Source: Setoptus koraiensis (taxonomy: Eukaryota; Animalia; Arthropoda). Taken from it: a stretch of 64,000 bases of DNA. Shown here one piece after another: positions 40,611-51,463 of the stretch (the stretch's first letter is position 1; every line of letters starts with the position of its first letter). The stretch lies in the NCBI GenBank assembly GCA_048013815.1, contig CM106585.1:22010001-22074000 (forward strand). Reading direction: 5' to 3'. The position numbers and the translations under genes were made by a program. The notes beneath the pieces were generated by a model. The model made no database searches. It saw only the letters and a program-made list of their open reading frames with translations, and was not told where the DNA came from.

Positions 40611-41841
40611 CGCTCCCTCCGCCTCCCGCCTGCCGCTCTCTCCCTCTCAGCCTGCCGTCCCTCCTACTAACCCTCCTCCCTCCTCCCTCTCACTCCGCCT
40701 ACCTCCTCTCTCCCCTTCTCTCCCTCTCTCCCCTACTACCCCCTATCACTAACTGCACCCTCTCACTCTCCCCCTCTCACTCCTCTTCCCTCCTCTTCCC
40801 CCTCCTCTCTTTCTTCTCTCCCTCCCACCTCCCTCATCTTCCTCTCCTCTCTCTACCTCCCCTCTCTCTCCCCCTCTCTCTCCCCCCCCTCCTCCCCCCT
40901 CTCCCCCTCCTCCTCCCCCCCTCTCCCTCCCTCCTCTCCTCCCTCCTCTCCCTCCTCCCTCCCCCCTCTCCCTCTCCTCTCCTCCCCCTCCTCTCCTCCC
41001 CCTCCTCCCCCCTCCTCCCCTCCCTCCCTCTACCCCTCCTCTCCCCCTCTCCCTCCCCCTCTCCTCTCCCCCTCCCCTCCCCTCTCCTCTCCCTCCTCCC
41101 TCTCCCCCCTCCCTCTCCCTCCCTCCTCTCCCCCCTCCTCCCTTCCCCTCCCCTCCCCCTCCTCTCCTCTCCCCCTCCCCCCCTCCCCCCCTCCTCTCCT
41201 CCCTCTCCTCCTCTCCCCCTCCCTCCCCTCCCCCCCTCTCTCCCCCCCTCTCCCCCCTCCCTCCTCCCTCCCCTCCTCCTCTCCCCCCCTCTCCCTCTCC
41301 CCTCCCCTCTCTCCTCTCCCTCTCCCCTCCTCCCTCCTACCCTCCCCCCTCTCCTCTCCTCTCCCTCCCTCCCCTCTCTCCTCTCCCCCTTACCCCTCCC
41401 TCCCCTCCTCTCCTCCCTCTCTTCTCCCCCCCTCTCTCCCCTTTCTCCTCCCCTCTCCCCCTCTCTCCTCTCCTCCTCCCTTTCCTCCTCCTCCTTTCCT
41501 CCCTCCTCCTATCTCCTCCCTCCCCCTTCCTCCCTCCCCTCCCTCTCCTCCCTCTCCTCTCCTCCTCTCCCTCCTCCTCTCTCCCCTCTGCTCCCCTCCT
41601 CTCCTTCCCTCCCTCCCTTCCCTCCTACTCTCTCCCCCTTCTCCCTACCTCTCTCTCTCCTCCTCTCTCTCTCTCCCCCCCTTCCCTCTCCTCCTCTCCT
41701 CCTCCCCTCCCCTCCTCTCCTCCCCTCTCCCCCCTCCACTCCCTTCCTCTCCTCTCCCTCTCTCTTTCTACCCTCCCCTCTTCCCCTCTCTCCTCTCTCC
41801 CCTCCTCCCTCTCCCTTCTCCTCTCTCCCCTCTCTCCCTCT
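40611..41841. repeat. 1.2-kb aperiodic homopyrimidine (C/T) tract, G/A-only on the - strand
   Basis: Almost only C and T (cctcctctcc...), ending abruptly at 41841 where normal sequence (atcaaactgaactggaag) begins. Confidence 0.85.
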
Positions 41842-43708
41842 ATCAAACTGAACTGGAAGATCCCCTTTTACATGGTGACGACTAGAATTAACACCCACCA
41901 CAACTCTACTGTCGATCGGTTAACTTTCTCGTTTCTATGGATGATAAGATAAACAATGTTTTAATACATTAATCAGATAGATTAAGAGAGATGTTCATCT
42001 GTAAACATGGCAATCGCTATTTATAGAGAGGCATCATTGTCTATCCAGACATGAATGTCTGGATCAGACCATCCCTGATGTCTGATAACTAGATTTGCTT
42101 AATTACTTTGTCCCTCTGGTAATAGATTCATAAGATTCCTGCGTTCGATCCTATCATCCATCCGTATCTGACCAACAGGGCACTTTAACTTGTTGCAAGA
42201 TTCATTCATTCGTCAGCAGAATGGTTCTAGTGCATGCTCATGATAGTTGGGCAATAACAGGTTTGTTATGGACAACATCATTAGTTTGACTTTTCATGTG
42301 GCCATTAAACTTGAAGCAAGACCGGCTCCTATGAGATCTCTATTAGAGTTGTATCATGCATCTGTGGACTTATGTTTCTTAAGACAGTCCACAAGAAAGG
42401 TTTAACTATCTTTCGTCGTCTTGGCAATATAGTAATTTACTGCTAATATTAATAAATACTGGGCAATAATGATACACACTCATAGATAGCTCATCTAGAC
42501 AAAAATGATAGATGTGCAATTTTCAACAGTGTCTAAGAATGGTTCGTCGCCAAACTGTCTATCAAGCAGCGAATCTATGAGAGTTAGATGATACGACATC
42601 ATAGAGTTGACATAACTGGACAGTAGCAGTATCGTTTTTTTAATGATCACCATCAAAGTTCGCTGTGGAGTCCAAATACTAAGGGCCAGATTGGAAGTCG
42701 AATTATAAGGAGAGAAATGAAAGGGCAGAGACGGATCCACCGCACCGACACTGCATCAATAGGTGCACACTTCAGTCGGCTTGACTGAATACCTGACATC
42801 ATGTCAAGTGTATATTGGATGACGAGGCTGCATATTTTAGTTTGACGTTGGATTAGAACTTCGAGATAACAAGAATTGATAGAGATTTCATTCGATGTTT
42901 GAGGGGTTTGTGAATAAATTAATAAAGCTCAACTAACTACCGATGGTTTTAATGGAAGTTGTGAGCGGACTAACGCTATTAATCTTCTGATTTGGCACCA
43001 CCATTGGGCATTATACAAACATTTGACATGCTTTGTCATGGAGAAAATGGTGATCAAAAAAAAAATTATACGGTGTCGTACTGCTCTGTTGAGACCAAAT
43101 TGGGAAATACAACTCTGAACGTTCGGTAAAACCCTTGTAAATGGTCACATGTTCGAGGTGTATCCAGTGTGTATCATGTGAAGAAACGAGACAAACGTGA
43201 AAGTTGATAATAACTCGTTGAAATAATAGTTTGATGTAAAGGATTTGAGGCAGACAAATCCTCAGCTACAAACGAAGTCTACCCACATCGGCACATGGAC
43301 GACAAGTGCGGGCGCTGGCCAAAATTAACCGCTTACTTGAATCAAGATTGTTGCCATCTGAGCTCGTCTGAAGTCTCTTTGTTCTATCAATGCCATCTGC
43401 TAAAATAGTAATAAAAAATGTCTAATAGATATTACCTATCGGCATGTTATCGGGAAACTGTCTCCCGTTTCCATTGACAATTGTGAGCGATGATTTCGAG
43501 GAAAATAAAACAATTTTCGAGATACCGCATGCTTCTCAATGCGCTTGGAGCGCCTCTTGCGGTGCGTGGTCCTTCCGTGCTTGTTATGTAATTGAAAAAC
43601 GTGCGCACCACTCGGATTCTTGGTAATTCCATCAACTGTTCGCAAATGCTCAACATTATTCTATACCGATGATAGATATCCTTGGAATTGTTATCTATCT
43701 AGTCAAGA

Positions 43709-44221
43709 ATGGCTTCAGTTATGAATAAACTAAACCTATTTATCCAGAATATTTACATTGACTATAAAGAAGTATTCCTTGATGTTGTCAAGAATGCCAG
43801 AGCAAGGCCACGGCGTGCAATATTTCATGGGATGTGCATTGCGTCCGTATTGGCGTTGTTCAAAACAAACGAGAATCTATTATCTTACAAGAATGACCTT
43901 ATCTCCGCTTGCAACAAAATGATACTCGTCCCAGATAACAGCAAGAATCCTAAATCGTATGAACATCTCAAAAGAATCAGCAACGATTGCTGTACAGGAC
44001 TCCTCAGGCAGCTTGATCTTGGATTCACAACCATAATCTATTCAGCAGATTACAACGAAGAGTTGGCCTTGTTCAAAGCACAGTGTGAATATCTACGTCC
44101 ATCTATTAAAGAATACTTACAAGATAGAATTGTCGACATATGTCTGTTCCATAGGTGGTTAATTTTAGATTACAAGATGAGAGACTACGATGTTAACCCT
44201 ATTGATGACGTAAAATATTGA
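43709..44221 (+). CDS. TIMM29: Mitochondrial import inner membrane translocase subunit Tim29 (C19orf52 family)
   Basis: Intact single-exon 170-aa ORF. Motifs DY..V..D...ARARPRRA, LRQLDLG, AQCEYLRP, RIVDI...RW and MRDYDVN match human TIMM29 (ARARPGRA, ARCRYLQP, MRDCDIN) from recall. Confidence 0.85.
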   Translation: MASVMNKLNLFIQNIYIDYKEVFLDVVKNARARPRRAIFHGMCIASVLALFKTNENLLSYKNDLISACNKMILVPDNSKNPKSYEHLKRISNDCCTGLLRQLDLGFTTIIYSADYNEELALFKAQCEYLRPSIKEYLQDRIVDICLFHRWLILDYKMRDYDVNPIDDVKY

Positions 44222-44305
44222 TAGTTTACATAGATGAAGCAATTCATTCAATTAGTTATTGTTATCCGATAGAGATCCAATTAGAAATACACAAATTCAG
44301 TCGAT

Positions 44306-45442
44306 CTAATCAACGCCGGATACTGATTTATTTTCTTCAACACTCGTATTTGTCAAATCGAACAGTTTCTTAACATTCTCTCGACGATACATCTGTCTCC
44401 AAAGAGCGGCCTGTTTTTCGTATCTCGACCTTTCCTCTTTCGCTATTTCGACATATTTTTCACGATCCTCGGCAGACAACTTACGCCATAACGCAACGGC
44501 ATCCACCAATTTAATACCATGTTGTTTGGTTTGATCACCGATGAAAAAATGTAGGGCGCAGCCTGGCTTCTTAGGAACCTTCAGATCGTGAAGTTGCTTC
44601 CTTAAAGTTCTGTTAAATAGCCTGTATTCGTTTCTGGCCAAATTGATTTTATTCACTTGAGGCTCCATGGAAGCGATTCTCTTGAAATCTTTCATTGTTT
44701 CGTGATAAACCTCCAGAGATTTCTCATATCGTCTCACATATGACGCTTTGGTATCGGGGTCCATTTGCCTCCATTCTAAGGAAAGGGTTTTCGAATTGAG
44801 TCTTTTATCGCTCGGATTATTCTTGGTTTGGCCTAGCCTATCTGTGTAGAACAGCATGAAGGCCCCCAACGGCCTCTTGGGTTTGATCAGATACTGTTTC
44901 ACGCCTTCAGGTGGGAGTTGTATGCCGTGTTCTAAACTTGTGTCTAGAATGACTTCATCGTATTGATCATATGATTTGTTGATCCTACCCATCATATCTA
45001 TATATTCCTTATAGAGAACTTTAGAGGTTTCGATATCTATCTTGTTTTTGAATTTCTCAGCATATTTTAACAGCCTTTCTTGGTAGCTATTAGAATCGTC
45101 AGAATTCTCACCAGAACACGAGTTTTTAAAAAGTTTCGTTTCCAGTTCTACAACATCTTCTTCGGAGGACAGGGCCGCTGAACATTTGGCTAGCCATAAC
45201 TTGTGGTCTGCTTTGAATCTAAGTGAATCCACCTCGGACTTCATTTGATAGAAGCGTTTATCCTCGGCACTTAACTCCCTCCAGATTTGACTTGCTGTGG
45301 GTCTGGACTTGGGATTGTTTTTATTGTTAGGATTGTCCTGGAGATAGAACCAACGTGCAGTTTTAGCCTTTGGAGGCCTGTAAGAGTTGAGCATCCGAAG
45401 AACATCCACCTTAAGTGTTCTGCTGGACATAGATGTGAGCAT
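44306..45442 (-). CDS. TFAM: HMG-box protein, TFAM-like, with three HMG boxes
   Basis: 378-aa single-exon ORF. HMG signatures: PPKAKTARWFY...WRELSAEDKRFY, KPKRPLGAFMLF...WRQMDPDTKASY and PKKPGCALHFF...WRKLSAEDREKY. The linker LRKQLHDLKVPKKP resembles the TFAM inter-box linker, and the Ser/Thr/Arg-rich N-terminus could be a presequence. HMG identity is firm; TFAM orthology is inferred. Confidence 0.65.
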   Translation of the reverse strand: MLTSMSSRTLKVDVLRMLNSYRPPKAKTARWFYLQDNPNNKNNPKSRPTASQIWRELSAEDKRFYQMKSEVDSLRFKADHKLWLAKCSAALSSEEDVVELETKLFKNSCSGENSDDSNSYQERLLKYAEKFKNKIDIETSKVLYKEYIDMMGRINKSYDQYDEVILDTSLEHGIQLPPEGVKQYLIKPKRPLGAFMLFYTDRLGQTKNNPSDKRLNSKTLSLEWRQMDPDTKASYVRRYEKSLEVYHETMKDFKRIASMEPQVNKINLARNEYRLFNRTLRKQLHDLKVPKKPGCALHFFIGDQTKQHGIKLVDAVALWRKLSAEDREKYVEIAKEERSRYEKQAALWRQMYRRENVKKLFDLTNTSVEENKSVSGVD

Positions 45443-46605
45443 TCCGGTTTTTTAGACAGTATATTGGCAAACCTATTTTTATAAATTAAATATCCTCTAT
45501 CAATAGATTCTTTAGGACTAGTGTCTCACATAATTTTGCATACTAACTTCCATATGGGAAAGCGTAGAATGGTACTTTTACTTTTCCACCACGCGCCAGA
45601 TTCAAGTGCATTTCAGAATGATTCTGACAGAATCTCTTGAACCAGGATTGGCAATGATCTTGGAAAAGCTACTTCGGGCAATCATGGTATGTTTTGATTT
45701 AAAAATCTTTAGTTAATCTACTTTGCGAACCCCAAAATTTCTAGTTTTTCTTTTCGATTCACCAAAATATAAATGGTTTGCTTCCGAATTAGTGAGTCCT
45801 ACCTGGGAATGCGAGCGATTTATTCGCACCGATTTTTCGTAGAAAGTAGATATGAATGTGATACTCTTCGCCAGTCAGGTGGCGATAGGTTCTTACGAAC
45901 GAGCTAACAGTTGGCTACATTACCGGTAAAACAATTTACGATATTGAGCTAGGTCCGAATAAATCGAGATCCTCACAATAACCCCAGGGCTCGTGTAAGG
46001 ACACTAAAGAATATCTGAGAGAGCGTTCTCCATCCTATGATTTCACTATATTTCCCAGACGTTTAAACCATACCTCAACAATAAAAAAAAATCCCGTGAG
46101 AGGGTTCTCGAACTTACAAACATTGAAGTATTTCACCGGAAGACTCGCAAATGTTGCCACGCAATCGTATGGGCAAATCGCTCGGAACTTGGGGTCTTTC
46201 CGCAGCTTTCAATATTGCTTTGCACTGATTTCAGATTAGTGATCAGTGAAATAGGCAATCGATTTCATAATGCTACTTTGAAGAACATCCAATCTAAATC
46301 AAGATACAAATCACGTAGATACAAGCAGGATAATTTTACTCGATAAAGTATAGTCACTGGTCTTGAGAACTAGCAAGAGCTAGGGCGACAAATTAAAATA
46401 AATATTCAAATCAAGAACGCACCAAAAAGGCACCTGATGATATTGTCGTATCTTAAAAGTCTAGTTTGGTATCGTTGGATAAAGCGTTTGTTTTTAAGTA
46501 AATATATACTTTGGAGAACGAGATCGCACGAAGAGTTCGGATCCAGTGGGTGAAATGTTTAAAGATTCTTGACAATGCTACAATGTATAACTTCATCAAA
46601 AATAT

Positions 46606-46641
46606 CAAAATAGAATCTAGTTTCAAAATAGAATCTAGTTT
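46606..46641. repeat. Perfect 18-bp tandem duplication
   Basis: caaaatagaatctagttt occurs twice in tandem (46606-46623, 46624-46641). Confidence 0.9.
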
Positions 46642-47164
46642 TAACATGTCGGACAAAACATGTCTGTTTCACGTGCTTTCTAACCATCAATCGCTTAATG
46701 AAGAATTGGACAACTCTTCGAAAATTTAGATCAAACATGATATAATGACAATGGAGATCATAATAGATGATGACCACAAGTATATGTTTGAATGTATATT
46801 CATATATCGTTGCCATCAATCAATAAGCTTGCACTATCCTTTGCGATCTCCTTTAGAACGATAGATTTCAATCTTATCTCATCTTGATGAACATGATTGG
46901 ATAGGATAAACACTTGAATAATAGAACTGATTTCACTCATGAAACAATGATCAAGATCAATCGTCATACAGATAGCATCGCAACAACCTTTCCTTCTTGG
47001 ATACATCCCAGTTTCTAGATTTAGTTTTTACAACATCGGCAACAAGGCAAGAGAGAAACATTTCACTTTTTTAATTTGCAGAAACGAGTGTAAATACGTT
47101 GTCGAGATACACTGAGAGCAACCATAGTCAATTTAAAAGTTGTTCGCAGAGATAGAACAAAAAA

Positions 47165-48781
47165 ATGTTTTCCAAAAAAAGTCAACAAAATGGAATCAAT
47201 ATCGCAATACTAATATCATTTGTGTCAGTAGGACATGTAGCATGGGGAGTATCGGTGCTCAAGAGTAAATTGGTTTCGCAGAAATCTTCTCATGGCATGA
47301 GCTATCCTGATTTGGTTGTTGATAGAAACTCACTTGAGAGCGAATGTGCCAAGTACAGGTTAATAGCTGCGACTAATTCCCAGAAGATGCCTGCAAATTG
47401 CTTATATTTCTATGCAATGTCAAATAATTTCGTCACAGAGCCTGAGCCAATGACCGAGTCACACAGCATCCTAACTGGATCAGATGCAATCCTCAAGAAT
47501 GGCCTGAAGGACATGAACAATATGTACGAGATTGACTTGGCCGAACCACAAAAGTTTAATGAAATGGGTCCATTAAATCCAATTGTATTGATACCTGGAC
47601 TCACTGGTAGCCGATTGGAGGCTAGACTGAAAAAGGCAGATCGAGTTAATTTTCTGTGCCCAAAAACAAAAGATTGGTATACTATTTGGTTCAATCTCAA
47701 GATGCTGTTGCCGTTGTCGTTTGATTGCTGGTTAGACAACATTATATTGAGTTATAATGCAACAAATGGCAGAACATACAATCAATTGGGTGTTGAAATC
47801 AGGCCAATTCGATTTGGTTCGCTTGACTCTGTTGAATATTTGGACACAAAACAGCCCGATTTAACCAGTTACTTTGCGCCTGTCATAAAGACCTTCGAAT
47901 CTTTGGGCTATGTCAGAGATAGAAGCCTACTAGCAGCACCGTACGATTTTAGAAAAGCTCCCAATGAATTGCAAGATTATTTCGAGCAACTGACCAGTCT
48001 GATTGATACTGCCATCTCTGAGAATGGTGGACACACAGTGAAATTAATTTGTCACTCCATGGGCTGCACAAATGCCTTGGTTTTCTTGCGTCAAAAGTCA
48101 CCTGAATGGCGCCGACTCCACATTGAGAGACTAGTGGCCTTGGGCGCACCTTGGGGTGGTTCCGTCAAGGCAATCAAGGCAATTGTGGGTGGCGACAATC
48201 TAGACATTGCTCTAATGAGTGAAACTAAAATGAGGACACTATTAAGAACTTTCCCTAGTATTGCGTATCTGTTACCTGATGAGCAAGTATTTAGTAGTAA
48301 CATAAAGATCAAGAATTCTATCAACGACTTGCCTGCGAATACTGACGAAGAATTTCTATTGGTTGGTACACCAAACTATAACTATACTGTTAAAGATTTG
48401 CCTAAATTATTCGATGATCTCAACGTAACCGACATTAAGCAGATGTACATGAATTTGAAGAATCTAATCAGACCATTGGAGCCAATCGCCGATCTAAAGG
48501 TCGATTGTATTCATAGTTTGAATGTGCCCACCGTAGATAGTTTAATATTTGAACAACAAAAAGATTTTCCAGACGGACCCTATAGCCTGGTGAAAGGCGA
48601 TGGTGATGGTACAGTCAATGCGGCCAGTCTTTTGGTGTGTTTGTATTGGAAACAATTATTGCCAGATATGATTGATCATAGAGTTATCTATAATACAAAT
48701 CATATGAATATGTTGGGACACGAAGCGTTGCAGCAACACTTCAAGTCACAGTTGGCCAAATCAAGTCTTGTCAATGCTTGA
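47165..48781 (+). CDS. PLA2G15: Group XV lysosomal phospholipase A2 / LCAT family acyltransferase, secreted
   Basis: 538-aa single-exon ORF with an N-terminal hydrophobic signal. Family motifs: PIVLIPGLTGSRLEA, lid W..IW.N....CW.DN, AAPYDFRKAP, nucleophile CHSMG, GAPWGGS, GDGDGTV (catalytic Asp) and NHMNML (catalytic His). Confidence 0.9.
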   Translation: MFSKKSQQNGINIAILISFVSVGHVAWGVSVLKSKLVSQKSSHGMSYPDLVVDRNSLESECAKYRLIAATNSQKMPANCLYFYAMSNNFVTEPEPMTESHSILTGSDAILKNGLKDMNNMYEIDLAEPQKFNEMGPLNPIVLIPGLTGSRLEARLKKADRVNFLCPKTKDWYTIWFNLKMLLPLSFDCWLDNIILSYNATNGRTYNQLGVEIRPIRFGSLDSVEYLDTKQPDLTSYFAPVIKTFESLGYVRDRSLLAAPYDFRKAPNELQDYFEQLTSLIDTAISENGGHTVKLICHSMGCTNALVFLRQKSPEWRRLHIERLVALGAPWGGSVKAIKAIVGGDNLDIALMSETKMRTLLRTFPSIAYLLPDEQVFSSNIKIKNSINDLPANTDEEFLLVGTPNYNYTVKDLPKLFDDLNVTDIKQMYMNLKNLIRPLEPIADLKVDCIHSLNVPTVDSLIFEQQKDFPDGPYSLVKGDGDGTVNAASLLVCLYWKQLLPDMIDHRVIYNTNHMNMLGHEALQQHFKSQLAKSSLVNA

Positions 48782-48991
48782 TAAGATTGCAATGAGTAAT
48801 GTAGTTGATGAGAAGAATGTTGTTGTTGCAAAATGAAATGGGTGGCTATATCTTTTATGGTTAAAGTTAGGCTAGAACATTAAAACTTAATAACAATAAT
48901 AATTACTTTCAACTTGTTACCAATTCATTGGTCTGACTATGTCTTATTCTCTGTTGCGCTTGACCAATGTTACTCTGGATATAATTGTCTG

Positions 48992-50539
48992 TTACGGTGA
49001 ACTGTACCTTCCAGGTCCAGGTCGGCGAGCTGCCGGAGTCCTGTCAACAACGTCACTAACACTGTCAAAATCGAGCGGACCAAAATGATACGCTGGATAG
49101 TCTTGGTAGGTTCCTTTATCGGGCAACGGATTGTATCTGGTCTGAGTTAACGATTGTGGCTGTGTTATAGCAAACAGCGAACCCACCGGTTGAGGTGCAC
49201 CGTCTGGATAGGGCACCGATGCCGGTTGTTGTTCAGAGGCTGCCGCATAGTTAAAGTCAGAGCCGTCACCACCACTGCCGCCTTCTTGCTGTCCACCTAA
49301 ACCGGGTAAATTGGTGCCTGCCAATTTTTCCGCATTATCACCTAAATCTGATATATTGATGGCCCCATCGTCTACTGCACCAGGAGAAGCCGATTGGCTG
49401 TTACCATTGGAGCTCGACGAAGCAGGAAATAAACCGCCGGGCAAATTAGGATTACTCTGTCCATTAAAGCCGCCACCATTTCTGCTGCCACCATAATTAC
49501 CACCACCCGTCGATTGGCTGCCGATATTCTCTAGACCTGGAATGTTGAGACCACCGTTACCTCCAGAGCCCCCTAGAGAACCAAGATCTGGTATATTGGC
49601 GGTGTTGCCATATGTTTGAGTGTTACCACCGTTATCAGCTGGCAGTCCAAATTCACGTAATTGAGCATCTGTATTAGTGCCAGTTGAGTGGCCGCCATTC
49701 TGAGCAACATTGCCTAGACCAAAGTCGGAATCTCCTGGTGCTCCATAATTATGACCCTCTGTTATATCTTTGAAATCATTTTCAGTTAAGGGAGGCCCTT
49801 GCTGCTGAGCAACGGGTGCACCTGTATTGGGTTGCTGTTGATAGTAGGGCTGATTGCCCTGCAGAGACGGTAAACCACCAGCACCCGTGAAACTCGGAAC
49901 TGGCTGGGGCTGTTGTGGTTGTGCTTGCGCCTGATAGTTATTCAGTGGTTGTTGCTGTTGTTGAGTTGCTGGTTGATTGAAATCAAACCCACCAAAATCG
50001 TTGCCTAGATTTTGTTGCAATTGTTGAGGCGCCGCTTGCTGTTGATTGGGAGTCTGATGACTCCTGTGGGTTTGTATAGGCGCCGCTACCGGTTGTTGAG
50101 GTTGCTGCTGTGGTTGATTATCGCCGTATGGACGGTAATAAGAATATTCTAACCATGAAAATAAACGAAGAACCGAAAAAGTTAGATAAAAACAACCAAG
50201 ATTGTCAGAGGAACCAAAAGAGCAAACAATTTACTTACGAATCGGTGGAGCAACCTGGTTAAAGGAATAGTTGTTAGGATCTTGAACTGCGGCCGTTCTT
50301 GGTGAGGCTACAGGTTGTTGCTGAACGGCCCTTTTTGCGGCCAGGTCACGTTGTTGTTGCTGAAGTTGGTTTATTTGTTGCTGGAGCTGCTGTTGTCTAG
50401 CTTGTTCTTCAAGATTTTGATTTAGTTCACGTTGAATATCATCCGGAAGCTGACAATTACCTGGAATAGAAGCAGAGATCATGGTTGATAGTACCAAATA
50501 TGATACCAAATGAAGATTTCTCAGAGTTTTGTGCTGCAT
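48992..50539 (-). CDS. Orphan secreted Gln/Gly/Pro/Asn-rich protein, two exons, about 485 aa
   Basis: Exon 1 is 50539-50239 (ATG; signal-like LVSYLVLSTMISA; poly-Gln). A 90-nt GTAAGT...TAG intron spans 50238-50149. Exon 2 is 50148-48992. Splicing joins the two track ORFs in frame (PI-Q-YSYYRPYGDNQPQQQ). Confidence 0.8.
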
Positions 50540-51463
50540 TTTCAATAAAGTTAATAGATGTTATAGCTACAATAGAGATAAATATTGATTGTGATTAGAG
50601 ATTCTTATTGAATCTTATATCTATTGCCGAGTCGCAGAGTTTTTACGAACAGAAAAAAATTATCTAACAAACTCAAGAGATTAGTAATGAGAATATCTTC
50701 AACGATGGAGCGTTCAGTTTCAAAATCAACAAAAATAACTAAAATGAGTGACACTTTCTTTTAGCGCACCAGATTTAGTTGCTAGGAACAATTAATTATG
50801 TTGCGAGCGGAAATGGCTATTACAGTTTCCTCTCGGAACTATTCTTAAATATAGCCTGCATGAAATGTTCGGAAAACCAGTTAGCATATGACCTTCACAT
50901 AAATGTATACAACTCATAGGGTAACCTTGAGGTGGGAACGCTTCGTTGGATACGCCGGCAAGCGCAAGAGAGTGACATAAATTGTAAGGGGTTTTGAATG
51001 AAAATGTTCTTGGACAGAAATAACAGTTGTAGATGTAAACTTCTATCTGAGTGGTTGACTTATTTAGTTAGATTTAATATTATATTTTACATTTAAAATA
51101 AGTGACTCGACATATTACAAACTTTTCTAGACAGTAATATCCTTTCTTCCATCTGACAATAACAAACAATACATTAAAATTACTAGTGTAATGAATTTGA
51201 ACATTCGCAAACATATTTCTATATACAACAAAATCGTTTTTTCTCTTTCTAGTTCGGTCACTTTGGACAAGTTGGGTTGATTTGATTATTTTGTCATGAG
51301 GTGATGATGTATACTAACTAATTTAGAGAATTCTTAGAATTAGCCAAAGATCACTGGTGTAAACACACATATTGAGCAAGATAATTCGTCAAATTTACTA
51401 AGTATTAAGTATTATTGGTGGCGATCGTTATTAAGTTAGCCTGGCTTCATCGATACTTCAGTA

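Noticed and set aside
41509-41901. Gly/Glu/Arg-rich ORFs on the - strand
   Set aside because: These are translations of the G/A-only tract.
43034-43043. TGTCATGGAG, matching the 5' end of miR-281/miR-46-family mature sequence
   Set aside because: The match stops after 10 nt and no pre-miRNA-length hairpin surrounds it.
43436-43656. Short ORFs divergent from TIMM29, including FFNYITST, faintly like mitochondrial pyruvate carrier 1
   Set aside because: The diagnostic HFWGP motif and transmembrane helices are absent, and no splice path recovers them.
46453-47006. Four overlapping 67-86 aa ORFs around the 18-bp duplication
   Set aside because: They overlap on both strands with no homology cues; more likely intron or intergenic sequence.
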